A stretch of 62,976 bases of DNA, the filler included, from Octopus bimaculoides (taxonomy: Eukaryota): the NCBI RefSeq assembly GCF_001194135.2. It is 5 parts of 5 records of this genome, joined end to end, with 100 filler letters (N's around TTAATTAATTAA, not from the genome) between each part and the next. Parts side by side here need not be neighbours in the genome. Positions count along the whole stretch, not along the records: positions 41,860 to 62,976 come from NC_068981.1; 4 more parts are not named here. One strand, given 5' to 3'. The position numbers were made by a program, and so were the translations under genes. Under the pieces are notes generated by a model. It saw only the letters and a list, made by a program, of their open reading frames with translations. It did no database searches and was not told where the DNA came from. Position 1 is the first letter of the stretch; every line of letters begins with the position of its first letter. Positions 52,190 through 62,976 of the stretch are shown here, in pieces.

Positions 52190-52693
52190 NNNNNNNNNNN
52201 NNNNNNNNNNNNNNNNNNNNNNNNNNNNNNNNNNNNNNNNNNNNNNNNNNNNNNNNNNNNNNNNNNNNNNNNNNNNNNNNNNNNNNNNNNNNNNNNNNNN
52301 NNNNNNNNNNNNNNNNNNNNNNNNNNNNNNNNNNNNNNNNNNNNNNNNNNNNNNNNNNNNNNNNNNNNNNNNNNNNNNNNNNNNNNNNNNNNNNNNNNNN
52401 NNNNNNNNNNNNNNNNNNNNNNNNNNNNNNNNNNNNNNNNNNNNNNNNNNNNNNNNNNNNNNNNNNNNNNNNNNNNNNNNNNNNNNNNNNNNNNNNNNNN
52501 NNNNNNNNNNNNNNNNNNNNNNNNNNNNNNNNNNNNNNNNNNNNNNNNNNNNNNNNNNNNNNNNNNNNNNNNNNNNNNNNNNNNNNNNNNNNNNNNNNNN
52601 NNNNNNNNNNNNNNNNNNNNNNNNNNNNNNNNNNNNNNNNNNNNNNNNNNNNNNNNNNNNNNNNNNNNNNTATATATATATATATAGATAGAT

Positions 52694-52750
<57 letters not shown>

Positions 52751-53778
52751 CAGGGGTTGGACAAAATAATGGAAACACCTTAAAATTTTAAACAAATTTA
52801 TTTTAATATGGGGTAGGACTGCCTTTGGCAGTAATTACAGCTTAACTTCTACGAGGTATGGACAAAGTTTGAATTGTTTCCAAAGGAATTTTTATCTATT
52901 CTTCAGCTAAAACAGTCTCCAGTTCCTGTAGTGATGATGGTGGAGGATATCAACTCCTTACTTGTTTTTCTAAAATGTATCATAAATGTTCAATAATTTT
53001 GAGATCTGAGGACTGTGGTGGCCAGATAAGATGTTCAACTTCGCTAGAATGTTGCTCGTGCCAGTCAGTAACAATTTTAGCTGTGTGAATTGGTGCATTA
53101 TCATCCTGAAAGATTGCATTTCCCTCCGGAAACAATTCTGCAGCCAGAGGACGAATGAATTTGATCAGATAAAATGCTTAAAGTCTTGACTATTAATACT
53201 GCTATGAAGGAAAACCATTGGGCTAGCAGATTTCCAAGATATAGCCCCACAGATCATCACAGATCCTCCTCCATGTTTAACAGCTGGAAGAAAGCGGTCT
53301 GGGTCAAATGCTTCTTTTGGCTGTCTCCACACGTATACTCGGCCGGTGGTTGAAAATAAGGTAAAGGATGGCCCGTCTGAGAAAATAGCATTCTTCCATT
53401 GCTGTAGGGACCAATTCTGTAGGTTTTTACTCTACCCTAAACGCTTTGCAGCGTTTGTTTTTGAAAGTAGTGGTTTTCTGATTGTAGCCCTCCTGTGAAA
53501 TCCGGCTTTGTGCAGCTACCGGCAACAGTTTTTGTGGAAACTGGGTTCTCGAGGTTGTCATTAAGCTCTGTAGTAATTTTAGAAGCAGTATTTTTGTGAT
53601 CCTTTCTAACAATTCGCATAAGAGTCCGACGGTCCCTATCTGAAAATTTTGGTTTTCTTCCGTAGTTTTGTTTCGACGAGGAGGTTTTTCCCTCTTTCTC
53701 AAAGATTGTCATTACTTTCGAGACAGTACTTCTTGATACACCAGACATTTCGGCTGTTTTTTTTTTTTTGTTACGATA
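52751..53778 (-). mobile_element. Tc1-like transposon, degenerate; 5' end lost in a gap
   Basis: TIR TA|CAGGGGTTGGACAAAATAATGGAAACACC. ORF 53437-53748 GVSRSTVSKV...GRKPKFSDRDRRTLMRIVRKDHK (HTH). Downstream IFQDDNAPIHTA and WPPQSSDL.IIE motifs. Confidence 0.9.
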
Positions 53779-54947
53779 NNNNNNNNNNNNNNNNNNNNNN
53801 NNNNNNNNNNNNNNNNNNNNNNNNNNNNNNNNNNNNNNNNNNNNNNNNNNNNNNNNNNNNNNNNNNNNNNNNNNNNNNNNNNNNNNNNNNNNNNNNNNNN
53901 NNNNNNNNNNNNNNNNNNNNNNNNNNNNNNNNNNNNNNNNNNNNNNNNNNNNNNNNNNNNNNNNNNNNNNNNNNNNNNNNNNNNNNNNNNNNNNNNNNNN
54001 NNNNNNNNNNNNNNNNNNNNNNNNNNNNNNNNNNNNNNNNNNNNNNNNNNNNNNNNNNNNNNNNNNNNNNNNNNNNNNNNNNNNNNNNNNNNNNNNNNNN
54101 NNNNNNNNNNNNNNNNNNNNNNNNNNNNNNNNNNNNNNNNNNNNNNNNNNNNNNNNNNNNNNNNNNNNNNNNNNNNNNNNNNNNNNNNNNNNNNNNNNNN
54201 NNNNNNNNNNNNNNNNNNNNNNNNNNNNNNNNNNNNNNNNNTATATATGCCTGTAATAGTTATGTTGTCGGCTAATACAATTCAGAGCTTCTCCCTAAGA
54301 CTGAAAATTGAATTTTTCTGTGAGACTTTTTCTGTATTGCTTGAAATTATCTCCCCTTTTCTCAGCTCACGTATGGTTGTGTTGGATAAGACTACGGGAA
54401 CGGTAAAGCATCGGAATGCTTGTTTGGATATTATTGTACCTCTTTCTCGTTGGGTCCTGTGTTCAAATCTACCTGAGTTTACTTTATTTTCCAGTCATTC
54501 TAAATTCGATCAATAAATACCAGTTATAGAAGAACGTAAGTTTAATTTATTTACAGAGTCATATAGACGTCCTATCGTCTCACTGTTGAATTAGACATGT
54601 GATATAACCGTAAGGCTGTCGGTAGCTTCAAATGCAGATCGAACCGACAATTTTCGTCTTTCTTCGACTCCTCAGAGATCTTTTGCTTTTGCTTTCAAAG
54701 TATTGTAATACAGATAACATGATGAGTAGTACAACCTAACTTACATAACAGTATAAGATCGTTCGCTTCTGATATATGATATTTCAGTATTCCAGTCATC
54801 TATACATCCTAACCTACAAAACTTGAAAACGTACTTTTATGTGAGATCTATGACTTATCAACATATATACACATACATATGTACATATATACATACACAC
54901 ATATATACATAAATACATACATATATATATGTGTGTGTGTGCGTGTT

Positions 54948-55023
<76 letters not shown>

Positions 55024-55457
55024 GTGCATAACCTTCTACGAGTATTTATCTGATTGGGATGAAAATAAAACTTAGGCTTACAATTGAATTGATGGCAACC
55101 TTCGAGAAAAGCAATACGTTAGCGCTAGTGAAAATAGCTTATTATAGTCTCCATGTTTATATACTTTATCTGATATTTTTACATGTGAAAGATTCTCAAT
55201 ATATCTCATACTCCGATTTGCTGTCAGAATAAGAGAGGCCAGGCAGATGAATTATTGGATATTACAATTTCTTTTCCTTCTTCTTCTTCTTCTTTCTTTG
55301 TTTTTTTTCTTTCTTTTCTTTTCTTTTTCTTTTTTTTTTCTTTTTTTCTTTTTTTGTCACAGTCTCAACTGAGATTGAACCAGCTTACCCTGATTTATTG
55401 TATTGACGGTTTGACTGAAACGATTGTAGTAGTAATAAGAATGGAGAAGCTGGGATG

Positions 55458-55496
<39 letters not shown>

Positions 55497-55576
55497 AAAA
55501 AGAGTAAATAGTAAGAAAGAAGAAGAAGAAGAAATTCAATAGCAATGACAGTAACAACAACAAAAACAACAACAAC

Positions 55577-55632
<56 letters not shown>

Positions 55633-55910
55633 TAATGATGATAATAATAATAACAATAATAGCAATAACAATAATAATAATGACAACCACCACTATGACA
55701 ACAACAACAACAAGGCATTAACATCAACAAGGAGAAAACAAGTAGATTTGGGGTTTTTAGTCAACTTTTCCTGACAGATAAAAATGTAGAGTGAAATATG
55801 CATTGGTTGTGTCAGAATGTGAATTCGATTGTTTCTTGTTTTTCAAAGCCGGGTTCTGACGTGCAAGGAATGATACATCGTCCATCAACAGAGAGTTATT
55901 GATTGGCAGT

Positions 55911-55998
<88 letters not shown>

Positions 55999-58900
55999 GT
56001 TCAATTGTATGCGTCAAACACAGAGAGTCAGTACTGCATGGTGATCATTGTTAAGCTAATCCTTTTTCCGAATCAATGATCTGCCTAGCTTGGAACTCGT
56101 CTCCAGTTTCCATAGAGAATGATGGAGAAAAGTTTTCCCCTGGGTTGGAGGCAGATATATAACATATCTTCAATCACAGACGTGTAATTATTCAAGATCG
56201 AAACCACTACGTGGCACCTTGGGCAAGAGTCTCTTATCATACCCTCGGGAGGACTAAGGCCTTGTGAGCAAAATTTGATTTGTTGAAACTGTACGGAAGC
56301 CCGTCAGCGAAACCATTTCTGTTAGGCTTTTGTCGGATTTTATTCTCCAATTTCAGGCCACTACTTGGTCCCTGGGTGATGTAAGAGGATCCCACCCTCT
56401 TATAAAAATTGATATCAGGTCTCCGATATCTAAACGACGCCCTCCTTTCCTCCAGTTTTGGCATTCCTGAAAAGGAGCCTAAGGGAAGCCCTAATATCTC
56501 TTACAAAATCATTAGAACATTAACTTAACACCACAAGGAGATGAAACATTCGTCAAATTGGCAGTGTTGTTGCTGCTGTTTACATTGGCGAGAGGTTTCT
56601 AATCTGTGCTGCTATCCTTGTAGAGCTAGACGCACCAGACCATTTCTGGGTTAAACGTCTTGGTAACAGACATAATGCTGAACCGAGCATACGATACTGC
56701 TGATCTGTTCACTAGACTATATGTACTTTCTGCTTATACACACACACATACACAAACACGCACAGACAAACAAACATTCACACGTATATTTTTGCTAGTG
56801 TGTGTGTATATGTGTGCATGTGTGTGTGTGTGTGTGCATGTGTGTGTGTGTGTACGTATACTATAGCCACATTGTCATCTTAAAACACTGCGCAGTTCTC
56901 AGTGCCTCCATCACACGTATAGAAGACCAATGTTAATTTGTCAATTTGTTTATGTTGTAACTCTGTATGAAGAGGCCCTAGAGCGTTTTTTTTGCCACAG
57001 AGCTGCACAATGGCACACAATCGGCTATTACAATGACACTTTACCGGGCTTCCATACAGTTTCAACGTATCACATTCCAATGATTCACTCTCTAACTCCA
57101 ATGGTACACAGTCAATCACTGCAATAACATGGCCAGCTCCTGAACGAAATTTTCTATCTATGGACCCCTTTGATTCCTATTTTATTCGATTGGACCCCCC
57201 CACCCATAGCCATTCGATGTTAAAAAAATTCTATTATATTTTTATAATTAAATATTATTAGGAATTGTATTAAAACTTGTATTAAATATTTTGTGTATTG
57301 AAGAAGTATAAGCAATCTATTGCACATAAATTTTAACAGCAACATTTTATATGGGCCCCCCACCCCCAAGGGCCATATTGACCCCGATTGAGAACCAGTG
57401 ATCTACTACACTGACACAGGTTTAGCCACAGTAATACAGAACCCGTCACTACATTTATATGCTGTCACCCACAACAGTAACACAGTAGCAGTCACTTCTA
57501 TGACACACACTCAGTTACTACAATGAAACAGTGACAGCTATTTCAGCAAAACTCACTCAAACTTCGACAATGGTACTAACTCTACTATTACAGGGACGCT
57601 GTTTTTCTGTTATTGCATTTGCTGAATGACATACGAAAATTTTTTTCTCAAATCATCGTTTCCAAGAATCGGTTTTATTATAAACTACCGTATTGGATGG
57701 AATGAAAAAATGACTGGGTATATGAAACACACCGTAATTTATGCAATGTATATTCAGGAAAAAAGTTTTGAATGCATTAAAGCTTATGGAGTGGAGGCGC
57801 TTAGCTTAGTGGTTAGAGGTATTGCACTTGATGATCGACAGATTGTGGTTTCATTGTTTGGATCGTGCGATAGATTGTGCTCTTCAACAAAACATTTCAT
57901 TTCACGTTGCTTCAGTCCACTCAGCAGGTGATAATGAAAAATTCTACGACAGACCGACATTCCGCTTAAGGAGGAATACAGGTATAGTATGGAATTCGGA
58001 AAATCGGTCTTATGAACCGATAACTCGGAAGAGGCCTTTGATTCAATTTATAAAATTTACGGAAGGCTCAACTTCACATTAAAAGACCAGAAGTGACTTT
58101 TGAAAAAAAACAGTGCCTTATGCACCATCAATTAATAATACTTCTGTTCTTGTATCTTCTCTTCACCAAGAAATATTTTTTAATATCTGGTTGAAAATAA
58201 CCGGCAACTAATTTCACACACTGACCTTCATCAACCTATCTTCGTCACCGCAACCGTATAAGATGTCTCTGACTTTACTAACGTTTGCAATGACGACAGA
58301 TAGTGGCTTATGATAATTACGACAGTTTCACTGGTTCTACTGACTGTATGATGAATCATATATAATCAATACACTAGAGTCAGCACAAGATATGATCAAA
58401 GAGAAAATGATCAAAGGAATTCAAACCTTGACCATCTCGTCTTTTATCATACCAAAGACTACATTATACAATAATGTATTCGTCCTTATTTTTAAAACGT
58501 GGAGTGTATGCTTTGAGAGGGATTTAGATATTGTTTCTAACAGATAGAGCGACCACAAATGTTTCTTCCTTAGCTCGAGTTTTTGTTGTTTAACCATAGG
58601 TCGGTTATGGTCGAGAAGACCTTTTATCAAAGAGTACCAGCCGCGACCTTCGCATCTATTTTTTTCTTACAGACTGTGTCTAGAATTATCTCATGCAGCC
58701 TGTCCTTCCTTTCTGGATATAGTAGTCGTTAATTTGAGACAGAAATTTAGCTGCAATTTCTTGCAGTTCGTATTACCACCCTGAGTTTAAGAGCTACGTA
58801 TTTTTAATATAAACACAACACGACATAACGAAGGCGCTAAGTAAGGTTGCCTGACCTCTCAGAAATAATAGTTGAATCGGCTTCAAATTACATCCAACCG

Positions 58901-59210
58901 TCTTAAAAATGAAAAGCATGATTAGATAATATATTGCAATGCTATTAGCGTGGAGGCGCATGGCTTAGTGGTTAGGGTGTCTGTTTCATGATCGTAAGAT
59001 TGTGGTTTCGATTCCTGGACCGGACGACGCGTTGTGTTCTTGAGCAAAACACTTCATTTCACGTTCCTCCAGTCCACTCAGCTGGCAAAAATGAGTAACG
59101 CTGCGATGGACTGGCGTTCCGTCCAGCTGGGGAACACATACGCCATTGAAACCGGGAAACTGGGCTAATGAGTCTGGCTAGGCTTTAAAAGGGCGCATTT
59201 TTTCTTATTC

Positions 59211-59610
59211 TAATGTTATTAGCAGAACGAATATGCTTGAGGCACGTTCGAACCGGAGAACAAGCTACTCACTGCATTTTGTCACGGAGAATATATCTCG
59301 CTTGTTGACAAATGGTGTCTATACAACTAGATCAGCTCGCAGCACCATCTACTTTGACGATGAGATGCTAGCATTTCGGAGTAGTTATCCCCTTATCGGT
59401 CACAGACACTAAGCAGACGACACTAGGAGCTGAAGTAAGAGATTCCCTCTCTTATCCTTTTCCAGTCACCGTACGTTGACTGGCAGCGCTATACGGCGGC
59501 TCAGTAAATTACGGAGTGAGGAAAGCTAAGTAGTGATAAGTTAAATTGGAATGTTATTATCAGTCCGAATATGTTTGATGCACGTCGTTCGAACTGGGGA
59601 ACAAGCTACT
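59211..59610 (+). mobile_element. Diverged relative of the 15592 element, in tandem-restart form
   Basis: Collinear with about 15597-15930, then the first 60 or so nt restart as a direct repeat at 59550 (period about 338 nt). Confidence 0.7.
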
Positions 59611-60539
59611 ACCCAAAATCAGGATGGTCATGACTGGAAGCAATCGATGACGAGTCATCTCGATCAGGGTTGACATGGAATCTAAACAACAGCAAACACA
59701 AGAAGCAAAACTTAGATACATACCTTTTAGTGGGTACGAATAACCTACCTACTTTTTCGATTATTTGTCCAATACCTTACAGATTCGGCTACTGACGCTT
59801 TTGTCGTTCGTATTTAAAAACAAAAGAAAAATAAACTATACAAAAACAACAAAATCAAAACCAAAATCACATTCTTTCCTCCATTCCATTTTATGTTCTT
59901 TTATTGTGATTTAGCAATATTTCCTTTCTCTCTTTTCTTCTCTACAGCTGCGATAAAACCGAATCTAAATTAATGTCTTCAAGTTTAGAAATGGACCTTG
60001 CTAGCCATTTAAATATCCTTTACCAAACCATTCTTTCTTCCTTTTAGCTTATCATTTTGATGCTTCTTTTCTTTTCTTTCTTTTTGTCTTCATTACTTTC
60101 TTTCTGTCTGTCTTTCTTTTCCAACTGATAACAAAATCGATAATTCTTGCAAGAGATAGCACTGAAGGTAATCATTTTGTACTTTAACTGAGTTAGATCT
60201 TTGCGATCATTTGTTTCGTAGAGAGGGACTGTGATGATGATGACGATGATGATGATGATGATGATGATGATGACGACGACGACGACGGCGGCGGCGGTGG
60301 CGGCGGTGGCGGCGGAGATGATGAGGAGAAGGAGGCGGAGGATGGCGAAGATGGCGACGATGACGGTGACGTGACAACGACGATACATTGATGAGCATAA
60401 TTTTGTTGTTGTCGTTCATGACGATGACGATGATGATAAAGGGGAGGAGGAGGAGGAGGGGGAGGAGAATGAAAACGATTTTGTCATTGTTGTTTAAGGT
60501 AATAATGATGTGCCAGTGAAGACGATGAGAGAAGACTTT

Positions 60540-61195
60540 CTCTGAGAGTGAGGAATTCATCTTCAGCTCCACGCGCATCGGTTGAGGAGTGACGAAGGAG
60601 AGAGTAATAGATGTGCCACCATCTGGAGGCAGCTACTGCGTCGGGGCAGGAGAATGGTATGAGAATCCTGGAAATGCTCAAGCCACGCCGGAACTGTTCG
60701 GGGACATGAATGAAGACCTTGAACCAAAAGACCCAAGGAAAACTTGAAACGGTCCCTAATACGATGGGATTGCTAATCAGCACCTTGTTGACCTTGATGA
60801 CCTTGATGGTGAAAGGGAGCAGCTGAAGGTCCCATGTGTGCGCCCCATCGGTCTTCCGAACATTGTAGAGGTTAAAAGAATGAAGGTCTACACTGCTAAT
60901 GGACCAGAATCACTGCGAAACAACGACAGCAACCACAATAGCTACTGCAATAACAATTGCAGTAATAACAACAACCACAGTGGTACGACGGGCTGTTACT
61001 GTTCTTGGTGAAAGACGTGGAGCGCTGTGAAAAGCCGACAATAGCATCTGAGATAGTAGTTGATGGTGTTTGTGCAATGAAAAAATTACCAGGCTTGGAT
61101 GATCTGCTCAAAGCCTTTTATGTATACATGCCAGACTTATTCCCCCGTGTCTGACAGCAGAACAGAACAATTCTCAGTTTGTGAGTAGAGGAATG
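60540..61195 (+). mobile_element. Tx1/L1-clade LINE remnant (APE endonuclease region to pre-RT region), heavily decayed
   Basis: One frame with stops gives VPPSG...LFGDMNEDL (GDFN-like). A later frame gives CEKPTIASE...KKLPGLDDLLKAFYVYMPDLF...QQN...FVSRG, resembling the PGLDGLPxExY segment that precedes L1/Tx1 RT. Confidence 0.55.
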
Positions 61196-61494
61196 TTTGG
61201 GCTGATAAAAAAAAATGAGATGAAAAATAAAGGAGTTGTCGATAATTTCTAGATCATAAAACTACTGAATCCAGAGTTTAAATTTTTGGTGCCATGTGCT
61301 AGAAATGTGACTATATCATTAGCAGTGTTGTCACTTATCGTTAGTAGTGTGTCGAGCATTTGCGGCTCCGTTGGTGGCTAATAAGCCCTGCTCTTGACAA
61401 GCATACACGACTGCAAACATTGCAGACCAAGTTTTCCCCATTCGCTACACCAGCCGTGCGCTTTCGCGCAGCACATGCTCTCTCAAAAGTGTCG

Positions 61495-62278
61495 ACCCCC
61501 TCCTTAACCTGCTTCCTCTATCTGTGGCGATGACAAGCATTGTTCTCCAAGCCAGTCTCCTGCATATCACAGGCCTTTAATAAGGAGTTGACACAGTCCT
61601 TAAATTGCAGCCTTGGTTTCTGCCGGGGTCTCTTTCCATTCACAAGTTCCCCATATAGGATCTGCTTAGGGATCCTGCTATCCTTCATTCTATTTAGGTG
61701 TCCAGTCCAACGTAACTGGTGCCTGTGTACCATCGCCTCAATACTCAAGATATCACCTTTCCTCAGGACCTGTACGTCTGAAGTTTTTAAGATCCAGCCA
61801 ACATTCAGAATGTGTCTGAGACATCTCTGATGAAAGCATTCAAGGACCCTTTACGTTTGAAAAGGGTCCTTGTCTCACACGAGTAAAGGAGCGATGTCAG
61901 TACACATTCATGGTGCACAGCAATTTTTGTTTTCCTTGTACTGCCATGCTGGAACCAGACACGAGACTAAAGAGATCGGAAGGAAAAGTTGCTCAATGCA
62001 GCCTGAAAGATGTTTCATCATCCAGGGAGCAAGAACGGCTGAGTGTGCTGCCCAGGTAGACAAACTTGTCTACCACTTTCAAAATTGTTCCTTCAACCAA
62101 GATATGGATTTCCTGGTGCAGGCTGGAACATTACGACAGTCTTATCTAGGCTAACGCTGAGTCCAAATGCCTTGCAAAAAGCAGAAAAACGATTCATAAG
62201 TACTTGCATGTTATCCACTGCATGAGTGACTAAGCCACAGTCATCTGCATAAAGTAGGTCACGAATAAAAGACTGGAA
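61495..62278 (-). mobile_element. RTE-clade LINE 3' RT fragment
   Basis: IRDLLYADDC.LV...FGLSVSLDKTVVMFQPAPG...LLYSCET...SIEAMVHRHQLRWTGHLNRMKDSRIPKQILYGEL..GKRPRQKPRLQFKD; frameshifted. Confidence 0.9.
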
Positions 62279-62282
62279 AACT

Positions 62283-62320
<38 letters not shown>

Positions 62321-62575
62321 AGTGTGTGTGTGTGTGTGTACATACATACGCACACATATATATATATTTATATAGACATATATACAATATTATATAACCT
62401 GAGATATATATATCTATATNNNNNNNNNNNNNNNNNNNNNNNNNNNNNNNNNNNNNNNNNNNNNNNNNNNNNNNNNNNNNNNNNNNNNNNNNNNNNNNNN
62501 NNNNNNNNNNNNNNNNNNNNNNNNNNNNNNNNNNNNNNNNNNNNNNNNNNNNNNNNNNNNNNNNNNNNNNNNNNN

Positions 62576-62628
<53 letters not shown>

Positions 62629-62908
62629 TAAATGTGTGTATATATGTACGCGTATACATACACACACATACATGCATCCATGCATCCATCCATACATCCA
62701 TGCATCCATCCATCCATACATACATACATATATGAGTCCAACTCGCTGCTTCACTAGAAAGAATACAGAAAAATAAACTCGATCATGCTGAAAGGCGGAA
62801 CCCCAACATGCCCTCAGCCTCTGAAACCAATACATACTAAAAGAAAGAAGATACGTATATAAATGCAGAAAGAGAGAGAAAGAGAGAGAGAGATACAGAG
62901 AGAGAGAC

Positions 62909-62949
<41 letters not shown>

Positions 62950-62976
62950 GTCAGACAGACAGACTGACAGACAGAC

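Overview
Repeat-rich, AT-rich animal genomic DNA from a gapped assembly. The microsatellite density and the recurring tRNA-derived SINE families look like an Octopus (coleoid cephalopod) genome; this is inferred from recalled repeat consensuses, not from a search. Four 100-nt gaps carry an artificial TTAATTAATTAA linker and split the window into five blocks. Two genes are well supported: a ZDHHC24-like palmitoyltransferase whose CDS lies in one exon (24774-25601, minus) and an intron-containing tRNA-Lys(UUU) gene (27890-27981, minus). A chain of 3-4 phase-compatible plus-strand exons (4294-14389) may be part of an unrecognised gene (low confidence). The rest is largely decayed mobile DNA: Helitron, hAT, three mariner loci, three Tc1-like pieces, a Penelope-like element, an RTE LINE, two Tx1-like LINE halves in opposite orientation, four SINE families and several foldback/MITE elements. 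I found no convincing new multi-gene system. The best leads are the spliced tRNA-Lys, the candidate gene, the split and inverted Tx1-like element, and the long near-perfect hairpins.
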